Source: Lama glama (taxonomy: Eukaryota). Taken from it: a stretch of 64,000 nucleotides of DNA. Of the stretch, positions 23,981 through 37,190 are shown piece after piece. Position numbers and translations under genes: made by a program. Below the pieces are notes generated by a model. That model searched no databases and was not told the origin of the DNA. It was given only the letters and a program-made list of their open reading frames with translations. The stretch is taken from assembly GCA_028534125.1 (NCBI GenBank), contig CM052832.1:4092001-4156000 (forward strand). Direction: 5' to 3'. The number at the start of each line of letters is the position of its first letter. The stretch's first letter is position 1.

Positions 23981-24404
23981 GAGTCAGCGACCCTCTGCAC
24001 TTCACCGTCTAGAGACTCTCATCTGGGGACATCACTCTTGCATATTATTTTCTCAAGGAACACTGAGTATAAGGGACACTAGGAAATCAGCTGCTCATCA
24101 AACATGGCAGGTGTTTTTGTTCCAGCTGTAGAAGTTCCTTTTGCCAACAATTTAAGCCAAGTGTTTTCTAGGTCCCACCCCCTAAACTCCAAGGGAAGGC
24201 CATTTTCATGGTCTGTCCACAGGTGTGCTGATCAGCGTTTCCATCAACCACATAATAGAACCTCAGCAGTTTTCTCCAACACCTCTTGTCCTCAATCTCT
24301 TGGCAATAAAGGGAAAGGGAGTGGTAAAGAGAGGCCTGGTACAGCGTCAGTGCCCCACCGTGGCACTGTCGTAGACTTTCACTGCAGCCGTCTTGCCATG
24401 GATT

Positions 24405-24494
24405 TCTTTCTTTTTAAAAAAAAAATGTTTAAATTGAGGTATAGTTGATTTACAATATTGTGTTAGTTTCTGGTGTACAGCAGAGTGATTCCAT

Positions 24495-24543
<49 letters not shown>

Positions 24544-24753
24544 TCCTTTTCCTATTCTTACTCATTATAGGCCATTACAAGATATTGAATGTAGTTCCCT
24601 GTGCTGTGCAGGAGGATCTTGTTGTTAATTTTATATATAGTAGTTCATATCTACAAATCCCAAACTCCCAATTTATCCCTCCACCCTCCTTTCCCGCCCA
24701 GGAGCCAGAAGTTTGTTTTCCACGTCTGTGAGTCTGTCTGTTTTGTGAGTAAG
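24405..24753 (-). mobile_element. L1 3'UTR fragment containing a CA microsatellite
   Basis: attgaggtatagttgatttacaatattgtgttagtttctggtgtacagc...tagttccctgtgctgtgcag...tgtgagtctgtctgttttgtgagtaagt. Confidence 0.85.
24499..24536. repeat. (CA)19 microsatellite
   Basis: Uninterrupted CA run counted directly from the sequence. Confidence 0.95.
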
Positions 24754-27619
24754 TCTGAGGCTTCAATATCCGCTTCTTCTGCCCACCCAGTGGCTGGGCC
24801 CTAACTAGGACGCTGATGCTTCTTAATGAGCTTGCCACATTGCTCTTTCTTTCTCTTCGTTTCTCTGCTGTCACTGTAAGGAGTTCCCTGCCATCTTCTG
24901 GGTGCCTTCAGGTCTCCACCACTCGCATTTTCTTTGGACGAAAGGGAAAAAAGTGCCCTCTTCCAGTGCACAGTTCTTTCAAGACAGACAGCTGCAGCAG
25001 GTGCGCTGGGGTCCCTGGGAACCAGTCCTTTCAGGCCGTTCTGCGACCCCATCTGCAGGGCACACACTTCCTAGGGAGGGGGCTGGGTGGGGACGGTCAG
25101 AAGTAGCCCCTCACTGTGTATCTCCTGAATCACCTGCCTGCCTCCACTCTGGCTCTGCTGCTGAGTCTAACCCACCCTGTAGACACATGCTGCAAGAGTG
25201 GAGATTTTTCTCTTAATTCTTTTCTTTCCCCACTTCAGTCTGGATTCAGTTGAGCTCTCCCTCCCCTCTTAGAGGGGCTGGCATGGTGCTTGCACTTGAA
25301 CTCCAGTAGCAGACGGGACTCAAGTATTTGCTCTTGGAGCTTCTTGGCCCCGGGCTAGACACTTGCTGAAGTGTCTCTGAACATCGTGTGATGGGTGAGG
25401 AGCCTGCATCTGCCCGAGAGCAAGAAGGACTGCCAGGAGGTGTCAGCTCTCTCTGTCAAGAAACCCTGTTTGTGCCGGCTGTATACACTCCAACCAAGTG
25501 TGTTGGGGTCTTGGTGTTTGTAAGTTTTAAATCATTAGCCTCTGCATTTCCAGCTTTCTATTGTTACAGCTACTTAAAATTTCAATTTAATAGACCCCCC
25601 CCAACAAGAGAAGGAAATGGAATTTGTGTGTGTGTCACAGTGAGTCGTCATGTTTTTGTGCACCATGCATTGGACCATGGACCCATCCCAAGTGGTTGCC
25701 CAGCTGAGAAAGAAGAAAGCATTCAGAAAATGGGAATTTTAATGTATGTGATTATTAAATTAAGTAACAAGACATTGGTCCATTCTTTGAAGACCTCACT
25801 GCTTCCTTAGCAGCGAATACGTGTTTGTTATGTACCTACTCGTTGAATCTAGGCTGTTACTATGCTACCTGCTAGGAGATGGTAATATATTCCTCTAGAG
25901 ATCACGACATCCCACGTGTGTTTTTCCAGAAAACAAGAAATGAGTGGAGAGAATATATTACACATACAATCACAAATTCGCCTTTTCTTTCATAGTCATT
26001 TTCGAGACGTTTTCCCAGACGGAAATTAGTAAGGAAAAACACAATAAAATTTCCCACTTTCCATTCCGAGTACATTTTGCTGTGTCAGTATATTACCTTT
26101 GTGGCTTTTACTTTCTTAATCAATTTGCCAAGAATTAGGCAGATGAACAGATAATCCACATGGACTCAAGACATCCTCTCAGGAGTATACACGTGTAGCT
26201 GTGTCACTGGGGATTCGGTGGACTTCGTGGGATTTGCCTATTGAATCAGCAGTTCTGACAATATTAAACTGAAAAAGTAGACAGAAAATTGTTTTATTCT
26301 CCAATATCTCAGGTGCTGTAAATTGTTACTGTCACTCCCATGGTGAGCCTCTGCCTTCTGTAAACCTTGGGAGTTCCCCACCCTTGCTTCCCTGATAACA
26401 GAGTATTGTTCAACTCTGGGATTTGATGTCAAGGATAAACTGACCTTTGAGTGATTCAGGAGGGAGCGGCGTGGAGCGGGGCGTCTGCTGCTGCCTTTCC
26501 CTGAGCTGTAAGGATGGGTGATGTAGGGGGCTGATTGTGACAGGCAGCACTTGACATCTTTTTTAAGTGAGTCTGAATCTTCCCCAGGAAATTTCATGCA
26601 AGATGAGTCCTTTTCCAAACAGTTTAAGACACTACATGGCACCCTTATAATCTGTAAGCATCCTCACTACCTTCCTAACTCCCACTTTACATCACGTCCC
26701 ACAGGCACTGTGAAAACACAGGTGATCAGGTCGGAAACCAACACAGTCACTGCTCACCTTCTTGGGCACCTTGCACTCCTCCCAGCCCCAGTGGAGGGAA
26801 ATGAGACCGAGAAAAGGATGCCAGGGTGCCTGCCTCCAGGCATGGCGTCTCTTCCAACCCTTGGACTCTTTCCCACGTTCCGCTTTTACTACCTACCTGG
26901 GAAAGTAAACAACCAAGAGATTTTCTGAACATTTCTGCAAGACGACCTTAAAGATTCTCTACCAGCCCTGTGTTTATATGCTTTATGCCTTGGAGGGGAT
27001 TTGGCAGAGCCCAGAAAGGCTTATAAATCACCTCTGGGTGACTTGGCCAAAAGTCCAACCGTCTCTTATTCCCCTGAGGGATTTACTTCACCATTTATTT
27101 TCCATTCTAGTGTTGGGCAGTGTGGCTGATGAGTTGAAATCCGAACAATCCACTGATCATGCATGGTCTGCAGTGGCAGCGGGCTGAAGCCAGCTTGTGC
27201 GGGCCCTGGTGACGGCCGCTGTGTGACAGAGCTCGGCAGAAGCATGAGGAGGGCCTCAGGTTGTGAGTGAAGGCCTGACCCTTCCAGATGAATGGGAGCT
27301 GACAGGAGCGATCTATGCAACACGGCACGGAGTGATGACATGAGAATAGTGACATCTTTGGGACTGAAGCATCAGGCACAGAAATGTCACTTATCATGGC
27401 CAGAGAAGTGACAGGGGACTCGCACTGACTTGACTTGATTTCAGTTCAGAGATATCCTTTGTGCTAAGAGCTAGGGCTCGCTGGGAGTCATGTGTCAGGA
27501 AAAGCCACTCCCTTCCTGACCACCTCCGCCCCAATTTAATCAGCTACCAAACCACTGGCATGTTGTGCCTTAGAACGGTGATCTTTATCCTGGGCTTCTC
27601 AGTAGTTCCCTGAACATAT

Positions 27620-27732
27620 GCCCCAGGGAGGAGGCTTCTGATCTAATTAACCCTGGGGGTGGGACACAGGCATCGATATGCCTTAAATGCTCCCCTGGCT
27701 GATTCTGATACCGCTGGTGGTTGAGAACCACG
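27620..27732. mobile_element. hAT-Charlie MER5-like fragment
   Basis: ttctgatctaattaaccctgggggtggg...gctcccctggctgattctgat...ggttgagaaccac. Confidence 0.55.
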
Positions 27733-30034
27733 GCATCAGTGGGCTGAAAGCAAAGAAAAAATAATGCCCTGGAAAATGGGCATAAATTTCGTCATAATAA
27801 CACTATAAATCTATGTTGCCCAAGGAGCTCACATCCTTTCCTATTCTATTACCTTATTATTATATTTCTAAATGTTGGCACCTGAAGCTAAGCAAGGTTA
27901 AAAGAATCAACTTGACTCATCGGACAGGTCTCTTGGTTTTGGGAACACGCCTTTCACCGCCTTTGTTGTCTCCTGTGCCCTTTCTTTGAGCCAGAAGATT
28001 CATCAGGAGACCCAAGCAAACGAGGGTCACCTTGACCCCAGGCCAGTCTGAGCTTTGAAGAGCTGAGAGGAAAAGGGACCTGAGAGCTGTTTACTCAACC
28101 GCACAGATGGGCGGCTGCCCCCGTGTGGGGAGGTGATGCAGACCCCCAGGTGTTCCGCATTCTTTCCCTTTGGCATGTACATATTCCGTCTCGGGTGTGG
28201 GGACAGGTGGGGGGGGTGTAGACTCTGACAAAGACCCAGAGTGAGTTGGTCCTTTTCTCTTCCACTACTCTGCCTCCCTTTTGGGATTGAGTGCCCCATG
28301 GAAACCGGTCTCCCCCAAAGGATCCAAGAGATGTCATTTTCTCAAAGCAAAATGCTGTCAACCTGTATCTTTTCCTAGAGTTTTTTATGTTTCAAATACT
28401 ATCTTTCATGGAGACTGAAAATAATGCAGAGATGGGAAAACAGGTTAGAAATACAAATACATAGATTAGATAGATATGCTAGATTTTAGATACGTAAATA
28501 AACAGAGAGACAGATACACAGATAGATAGACGGACAGACTTTTCATTGCTTAGGGAGCCCCATGGAATACAATGTAGGTAGCTATCTTGAAGTAGCTCCG
28601 AACATTCTGGAATATGAATGAAAACTAACCTTTGCATCTTCCTTCCACGTAGTCTTACTGGCCAGGGGAGAAAATACACATGCACAGGGTGCAGGTGGAT
28701 TAAAGGATTTCAAACTGCATCACATAAATGACTCCTTAAGTAATTTTCCACCTTAGGTAACTTGCCCAGTAGTAATTGTTCCTGGGGCATGAGAGTAAAA
28801 TTAGGTATTAATGTGTTAGAAATTGAAAGCAAAATTATAACTCAAAAATTATTTTTTGCCAATCCACTAAACATCAACAAATCATAATTTCTGCTTTATA
28901 CTTTTTAATAAAAAAAAAAACTAAATAGGTGAAGGAGGCTATTATTACTGTAAAGGACACCTATTTCATTTATTGGCTGTGAGGAATAACAGTTTGGATT
29001 GAGAAATATGATTGCCATTGAGATGTTATTTTTCCAAATATAAAAGTTTTCCTAAGTATGAAAGTTATTTTCTTAATATTGACCCCGGGCTTGATCGCGA
29101 CTTGAAGTATGTACCAAATTCATTTTTATCCACCCATGAAAACGGGAAAAAAGGCGAAGTCACAAATTTTTCATCATACCCCTTTTATGTAAGAATTAAC
29201 CTCAACTATAACGTGGGTAGGATGAATTGGGAAATCTTAGTCACCAATTCATGCCCAAGCTGATAAAACAAAGTAACGCAGCTAAGCAGATAAGAAACGG
29301 TAACAGGTTGCCAAGCCCACAATCGCTCCCCTCCGTGCTTTTCCCCACTCCCCACATTCTCTTACATCAGAGAACTGGGCTGTCCCACCTGTAATGTGGC
29401 CTGGATTTGATCCCGCTGACCCGGGCGCTCAGAGGTGTCTGCTCCCTCCTTGACTCCTCTGTTTTCAACCCCATCAGAGGCTGTGGTCCCTCTTGGAGGG
29501 ACTCTGACATCTAACCTGCAGGGGCCAGGAGTGGAAGACCACGAACCCTCACGTCCACCATCCTAGGAAGGACAGCGGGAGCTCCCCACGTCATCCAGCA
29601 AAAGGAGACCACAGACCACGTGTAAACACCCTTGAGTAACAATCTGCCTCCCCAGCGTTAGAATCTGCGCGGTGAAATCACTGACCATGTGCAAGAAAAC
29701 AGATCTATTTTAGAAAAGTTTTGACTTTCCCAGAATGAAGAAAAAGAGTCCAAGTACCAGACAAGCTGAGGAATAGCTGATTTTCACTTATCCATCTACC
29801 TAGCTGTCTATTTATTTATCTAATTGTTTGTAATTGATGCATTTTTAAACAGCTAATTTTAAATAAACGAATATAGGCTAATCGCAGATGTCTCTTCCTG
29901 GCTGGAAAAGTTTACAACTTGAAAATATTCTACATTGATAGTAAATAGAGAGATGAAACTGATGATGAGTTATGCTGCCCAAAACGTTTTTTAATAAAGA
30001 AAGCTCTCCAAAATGTTGAGGTGGCTGTAAGAGA

Positions 30035-30600
30035 GGTGCTCGCTATCGCTGGAGGCGGTGCAAATGGGCAGAAGTATTTTGGAAAACAGTTTGTACGTGT
30101 GAAGACTCTTAAAACTTTAGATTCAACTTAGAATCTAATTTCAGGGTAGAATCAGAGTTGAAAACGAAGCTTTGGGTTTAAAGAGATTTAGCTCATCATG
30201 CCTGGTGAGAGGAATAAAAATGTGATAACAATCGAAAATGAACGGATGGAATAAACTAACAATCATACTCTTTCCTATAAGATTGTTAAATAGTCACCAC
30301 AAATGATTTCAAATAATATTTCACAAAATGGTAAAAGCATGCACAAAATATTAATGATAATCCAGAATATAAAGTATATACACGCACACACAGCACTACC
30401 CTAAATTTCAAAACCTCTACGTGGCATTTGTATGTAAATAACCCTGAGCCTGATCTGTTTTGTTTTTTAAACATGGAAAATCTTGGATGGACGTTAACCA
30501 ATATATCTTGTGGTGTTCTCAAGGGCTCTCTCTCTGTAATGGAAGAATAGGTCATTTTAATTTTCTATATTGTGCCATGTATTTGATTTTTTCTATCATA
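30035..30600 (+). mobile_element. Ancient L1 (L1M-type) degenerate 3' region
   Basis: gctggaggcggtgcaaatgggcagaagtattttggaaaacagtttg resembles the end of L1 ORF2, followed by A-rich degenerate 3'UTR-like sequence. Confidence 0.45.
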
Positions 30601-31309
30601 GGCCAGAAAAAAATGATCTTAAAAATCACATCTATTTTTGAGTAATAAGAAAATTCTTCATCAGCTAAATTCAGTAGCTAGTTTCCTATCTCTGAGAAGA
30701 AAGCAAAAAAACCCTTTAAATAGAGCCGTAAAATGTCAAATGATCCGTATAGGGGATGAGTCCTCTGGAAATTCAGAAGAGAGAGGGTTAGCTTCTCAGG
30801 AAAAATGGAATATCTCATGAAACGTAGTTGAAGTCAGAGTCAGAAAGCCTTGAATGATGGACTAAGAAACATAGACTTGATTCTGATGCAAATAGAAGTC
30901 CTTGAAGAGATTCTTTGTAGCCCTAATTAATGAATATCCTTAGTTCCTCTCCATTAAAGCTGGTACCTTGAAAACGTATATGCGTATGTGGATTCATATC
31001 TGGATGTACGTACCCTGAATGCATTCACCCTTAGGCAGGAAAAAATGTGTCTATAAAGAAGAAAAAGGAAGAACGATTAAGGCATTCGTTAATTAGGGTC
31101 CATTTACATTTCCAGAGTCAGCTAAAATCATCCACTTATTTAAACGGAAATCTCCTCCGTTTATTACAGTCATTACTACCCGGCAGTCAGAGACGACTAG
31201 CGTGAACTCCACCAGTAGAGAACACTGCCTAGTCTGTGGCTTCTCTTCGGGGTCACTGAGAGTCAGTGTTCGAGTAAAAGAAACTGAAGTCCTCAGCAAA
31301 CAAAATTAA

Positions 31310-31490
31310 CAGGTATTGAGTACCTACTACGTGCAAGACCGTTGGATGAAGGCCACTAATCTCATTGACTCCTCACAGCAACCCCTCAAGGTTAGCATTT
31401 ATAATTCACACTTTAGAGTAAAGGAATTTGAGAAACATGGAAAGAAGGTGAAGCAACTGGCCAGTGTGAGCCCGGATTTAAAGTCAGAGC
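31310..31490 (-). mobile_element. MIR SINE
   Basis: tattgagtacctactacgtgcaag...tcctcacagcaacccctcaaggttagcattt...cactttagagtaaagga. Confidence 0.7.
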
Positions 31491-31589
31491 TGATTTCCAT
31501 TCACCTTTCAGGGCAAGCCAATGCACGCCGACTTATCACACGAGCACACACCCATTTAACCGATGCATTTTCTAGCATTAGTGCTGAAT

Positions 31590-31930
31590 TATATATTTTT
31601 TGAGACTGTGCACGTAGATATGCAATGTGCACACAGATGTCTCTGTGGGTGTAGGGTACGTATATAGCTATGATACACTGACGCAGTCGTGTGGTGTGCA
31701 GACATAGATTGTAGCAACCAATGCATGTATGTAATTTTAGCAACATATTGAATATTTATTGCCTTATGCTTTTTATATGCATGTGTTATATATAACTGTA
31801 TATGGGCATATATTAAATAACACATCAATATAAATGATCTGTGAATACCTGTGCATATGTCGTTTACACACACAATTACATACAAAAGAGATGAAAATGC
31901 AGCTATATTATGCACACATACGCAGATACA
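31590..31930. repeat. Degenerate (TA/CA/TG)n alternating low-complexity tract
   Basis: About 340 bp of tatatg/cacaca/tgcatg-type alternating purine-pyrimidine sequence. Confidence 0.65.
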
Positions 31931-32429
31931 ATTCCCCCCCCTCTCCTTACCTAGAAAAGAAAGTATCTGGGCAATTGGGAAACCCGTGTTATAGCTGAGG
32001 AAACACTACCCCTCACTGCAAAATGAGTTCTGACTCCAACCGCAGGACAGCAGGCCAAAGAGAGCAGATGCTTGTCAGGAGCCTAGAGGCCAGGCGCCCC
32101 CAGGAATGACCAAGAATCCCCTGGTGCAGTCGTGAAGGGACTTCATTTCCCGTTTATCCCGTCCCTGGGGCCCTGCTCACTCAACACCCAGCTGGCCAAC
32201 ATCGCATCATGACAGCCCCCAGTCGGGGGGGGGGGCGTGCCCCTGCAGCTCTGACCTGGATTCTGTTCTCTTACCTACCCAGAAGACCTGCTCCCAATCT
32301 GGGCCCTGCAGGGAAAGGACGGTCCCCAGCTAGTGAAATTCATTCCGCTCTTTATCCAACAAAACGATAGCATTTTCATCAGTGAAACCACTGAGCAATC
32401 AGCGACCAAAAACAAGGCGCCGTCGAGGG

Positions 32430-33010
32430 CAGAAAAGAGCCCTGGGAGGGAACTTGCGGCTCTACGCAAAGGAGGCCGAGCCGGCTGTCATCCCTTTTCT
32501 CCGGCCCACGACCCCACGCCCAGCACCGGCATGAAGGGCGGTTTAAAAGCAACTAAATACATGGAAACGTTTCTCGTTCATTATCTGGCGTTTCCGCGAC
32601 TGGGTGACATATCATTAGTCCCAGTGTAAGGCAAGCTTTAAAAACGTAATTACTTAATCATGCAGTTAGCGTCCCATCAATCCTAGCAGCATTTGTTCTT
32701 AACTAGCTTTTAAGAACAAAATTAGGAGTAATTTGTAAACAAAAGTAATTGAAGAAAGGCAGATATTGCCAAGGTGTTGACAGCATTAGCAGACACTACT
32801 GTTTCCCTTAATCCCACCGCAGCCCCGTGGTGAACAATAGGCAGCCGGCCCGAGGCAGTGCCAGGGAGCTAGAGATGCAAACTGAGAGGGTGTGCGCTCC
32901 GGGCAAAGCGGCCCTTCCCCAGCCAGGCAGGCACCCGGCTCCAGCAGGGCGGGGGGCCCGCTGCTCCTACGTGGATCTGATGACTTGAGATTTACGGTGT
33001 GATGTGACAA
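32430..33010. promoter_or_regulatory. Candidate enhancer: AT-rich motif core between two CpG-rich shoulders
   Basis: CpG-rich at about 32410-32600 and 32815-32970. The core has TAATTA/TAATC, TGTAAACA and AGGTGTTGACAG. Confidence 0.35.
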
Positions 33011-33499
33011 TTCTAGCATGACCATAAAAATAATATGAACCATTGATGTCCAGTCCCATCTGGTAAGACGCATTCAGGCAAGTCTAAGTGGTGACAAAAA
33101 GAGGTGGAGGCCAGTTTTTTCTTTTTTTTTTCTCTTTTTCCTCCAAAGGAGCTTTGGCTGTCTTTCTGTCTGGCTACTAGTAACAGGTTCTGGGAACTTA
33201 GAGCTCACAGCACTTCTGGGCAAGATGGGGTGCTAAACTCGTGAGAAAGAGTGGTGAGGAAGAAATGGACGCCGCTTTCAAGGAGCTTGTGATTTTTCAG
33301 AGGGAGAAAAGTGGAGGTAAAGTGACCAGAAAGATTTAAAGCAAGACTTAAGCCAAGGGCATAACAGCCCAGTGGTTAGCTCCTGACTCTGCCGGCCGGT
33401 ATTGAGATTTCACAGGGTCTCCAACAGGAATCATGGAGAAATGTTAAGTCTTGGAGTACAAACAGGAGTGTCAGGTCCCGGAATGAGGTTCTTACAGCC

Positions 33500-33620
33500 C
33501 TTACTTTATAGGTGAAGTGACTGAGCCTGAAATGAATTGAATAACTTGCTGAAAATCATGCACATAAAGAATGGCGGTGCTGGCATTCAGGCTTAGGTCC
33601 TTCTTTTTACTATCACTGCT
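33500..33620 (-). mobile_element. MIR fragment
   Basis: ctttataggtgaagtgactgagcctgaaatgaattgaataacttgctgaaaatcatgca is the antisense MIR core. Confidence 0.55.
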
Positions 33621-33679
33621 GTTGTTAAGATAAAGAGTCCAGAAAACTTTCCAGGACCCACTAGAATTCAACAGGAGGA

Positions 33680-33880
33680 GTCCTGAAATCAGAATCAGAA
33701 CACCCAGCTTCAATTCTGCTTTGGAAGCCTTCTTCTGGGTGACATTAAGCAAGTCATGAAAATCCTGAGTTTTGGTGTCCCATCTATAAAAAAAAATTTT
33801 TTTTAAATCTGGGGACCTGTACTGTACTCTGTGACTATAAGGATCTAATGGAGTAATGAAAGTAAAAGTGCTTTGTAAAT
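33680..33880 (+). mobile_element. MIR SINE
   Basis: ctgggtgacattaagcaagtca...ctgagttttggtgtcccatctataaaa...gtaaaagtgctttgtaaa. Confidence 0.6.
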
Positions 33881-34526
33881 TTTAATTCAGAAGTAAGGTG
33901 TCAATTCTGTAACAGCCCATTTATATGGAATAGGGGAACAGGCAAACACCCTATGGTGATAGAAATTAAAATATGGTAGCCCCTGAAGAGTTGAGAATTG
34001 GCTGAAAAAGGGCACAGGATACATGGNNNNNNNNNNNNNNNNNNNNNNNNNNNNNNNNNNNNNNNNNNNNNNNNNNNNNNNNNNNNNNNNNNNNNNNNNN
34101 NNNNNNNNNNNNNNNNNNNNNNNNNNNNNNNNNNNNNNNNNNNNNNNNNNNNNNNNNNNNNNNNNNNNNNNNNNNNNNNNNNNNNNNNNNNNNNNNNNNN
34201 NNNNNNNNNNNNNNNNNNNNNNNNNNNNNNNNNNNNNNNNNNNNNNNNNNNNNNNNNNNNNNNNNNNNNNNNNNNNNNNNNNNNNNNNNNNNNNNNNNNN
34301 NNNNNNNNNNNNNNNNNNNNNNNNNNNNNNNNNNNNNNNNNNNNNNNNNNNNNNNNNNNNNNNNNNNNNNNNNNNNNNNNNNNNNNNNNNNNNNNNNNNN
34401 NNNNNNNNNNNNNNNNNNNNNNNNNNNNNNNNNNNNNNNNNNNNNNNNNNNNNNNNNNNNNNNNNNNNNNNNNNNNNNNNNNNNNNNNNNNNNNNNNNNN
34501 NNNNNNNNNNNNNNNNNNNNNNNNNN

Positions 34527-34563
34527 TAAGCATGCGCTCTACCACTGGAGCTATATCCTCCCT
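34527..34563 (-). mobile_element. 5' head of a camelid tRNA-derived SINE; remainder lost in the gap
   Basis: The reverse complement reads AGGGAGGATATAGCTCCAGTGGTAGAGCGCATGCTTA and runs into gap 34027-34526. Confidence 0.8.
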
Positions 34564-35494
34564 CAGATTTTAATTTAATGCCTGTTAGGTACCCAGGCAC
34601 GGTGCTGGTTGCTAGAGCTATCATAATTGATAACTCTAGCTGCTGTCCTGATGGAGATAACGCATGATCTTACAGAGGTACACTCCACGTACTGCGGAGT
34701 GTTAGGAAGGAGAAGGGGGGAGGGTTCTGGAAGTGACTGGAAGATAGTAACACTCAGGACTAAAACCTAAGTCCCAGGGGACTGCAGCTCTATGATGTCA
34801 GTTACCTACTGGGAAGCCCATGATAACTTTTGATTAGGTACCAGTTCGTTACTAGGCTAATATGCAATGGAGTGAGTATTTTGAATTAAATACTTAATAT
34901 TCCATTCACATGGCACTGCACATGAAGGCACAACTGCTTCCAAAGGAGGTCAGATCTTAAGTCCTGGCTGAAATACTGTTGGGGGGATAGTGCTGGGGGG
35001 CGGGATTGTCACAGGACTCCCCCGCACAGCAGTGATGCTGCAGGGAAAACCGGCTGATGGACCACAGAGAGATGTGAGTTCTAGGACCGCCCCTGCCTGT
35101 AAGCAGCTACTTTTTTCTGTATCTTAGGGGTTTTGTCTACTCTAAAATAAAGGAGATGGACTTAATAATCTCTCAGATATCTAACACGTTGTCTGACTGT
35201 ACTTTTTCGTGCCTGATCTTCAGGCACAGTAAATGGCTCCCACGAGGTTGGGGCTGCAAACACCCGTGTGTTGCAATGACTCCGCCAGCCTCCGCTCTCT
35301 GGGAGCTGATGCTGAAACATCATGCTTTCCCCAAAGCCTTGTCTCGTAGTTCGTCAAACTACATCATGTTCTATGACTGACAAAATGATTTCTCAGGCAT
35401 CCTCTCTTTCTACACACACAGCTAGCTGAAGCCGTTTTTAAAGAGAAAATTGAGGGCAGGACATCCACCTAGTACCACCTGAAAAGCAGTTGTC

Positions 35495-35737
35495 AGGTGG
35501 GAAGGGTTAAACTTGGGAGTCTGAGATTTACAAACGTTAGCCACTATATATAAAAATGGGTTTAAAAAAAAAGTTTCTTCTGTAGAGCACAGAGAATTAT
35601 GTTCAATATCTTGTAATAAACTTTAATGCAAAAGAATATGAAAACGAATATATGTCTGTGTATGCATGACAGGGACACTGTGCTGCACACCAGAAACTGA
35701 CACATTGTAACTGCACTTCAATTAAAAAAAAAAAAAA
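35495..35737 (+). mobile_element. L1 3'UTR insertion with poly(A) and probable TSD
   Basis: L1 3' end (tagagcacagagaattatgttcaatatcttg...ctgcacaccagaaactgacacattgtaactg) followed by an A-tail. Flanks are cagttgtc and caattgtc. Confidence 0.88.
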
Positions 35738-36984
35738 CAATTGTCTTTTCCACTGGTTCTCAGGTGTCTGTGTTTCGGCTACTTTTCTGAAACAGATGCC
35801 ACCCAACCACCTTTGCTTTCTTTTCTTTTTCCTTTTTAAAGCTATTTATGAGGGTTGGTCAGAGGTACAGGTAAGTATAGGTGTATCTCATGTGATGACA
35901 AAGATACAGTCTTGAGTAATTGTATCTGAATAGTTCTTTTAATCACATTTTAAATACGCTGAAGGGTTACTCAATGGCAAAAGCTTTTATATAGTGACTA
36001 ATAATATCTCACGGCACCCCACCCCCACCCCCAGGGATTTGTTCCAGAAACATGAAGTTTCTGCTGTACTGTAAGCAGAAGTTGCATGCTAATGGGGCCC
36101 ACGTGGGCTTCCTGATGAGAACATCTCTTCTTTGATAACACTCTGCTCAATTTGGGGGTTCAGAGCCTTTGGCACCCTGCTTTGTTTAATGCCTTCATCC
36201 TGCAGGAACACCTCTTTGGAGGCCCCGTGTTTCTTGGCAGCTGTGCTGTTGTTACATCATTTTAAGTCAATTAAAATTATTAGTGGAGTTTTAATAGCCA
36301 ATGCTCCCGGAGGCCAAGTAACAAACGGTGCAATTTGAAGAAAATTGAATAAATAAAATATAGAGGAGACAGATGAAGCAATAGTTCAGGAAAGGAATGA
36401 GAAGAAAAATCAGTCTGTTCGCAAAGCATTAAAAATAAAAAAAAAAGAAGAAAAAGAAGAATGTATTACTTGAAAAACTAGCCAGTTTTCAGGACTGAAC
36501 TAGACTTTAAAATAGACAAAACTGGTTGTGGCTGGTAACACTTTGATTTTGAGGACACGGGGACAGCCCCCCAGAGCCCACCCCATCTTCACCAGCCTGG
36601 GTGGCATTTGAGAGGATGTGATCAATCCTTTTGTCTTCCACGGGCCTGCCCGTTGGAGGAGCTCAGGCAAGGCATTATGCTTTCTTTTTAACTTGTACCC
36701 TTGAGGGCAGGATGTTTTTATTTATAAGTTTACCACTTCCATTTCCCTTGTAAATAAGGCAGTTGTACCAAACTGTTTGTACAGCCTTTGCAGGTCTCCA
36801 AAATGTCAGGACCTCTGCTTCCAGGAAGGAGTGAGCAGGGACAGGAAAAGCTATTCATTTTTTAGAACACGAAAAGAGGGCAAAGGAAAAAAATGATTGG
36901 GCAATGAGTTTTGCAGATTGAAGTAGATTTCAGTTGTGGAGACCGTAGTGGGGTCCCGGGATAATGGGTTTTCCCAAACACCCC

Positions 36985-37190
36985 CTGAATTACTTGCTGT
37001 CTTTTAGACCTTGGACTAGTTGCCGAGCCTCTGTGAGCATCAGGCTCTTCATCTAAGAAATGGGGTTAAAAGAAGACTCCATTTTAGAAAAATGTGGGGA
37101 CGACTAAACGATATCATACGTGCAAAGTATGCAACACAGGACGTGAAATACGGCGAATGCACCATAAAAGGCAGGCATTGTTATCATTAT
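36985..37190 (+). mobile_element. MIR SINE
   Basis: ttacttgctg...gaccttggactagttgccgagcctctgtgagcatcaggctcttcatctaagaaatgggg. Confidence 0.7.
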
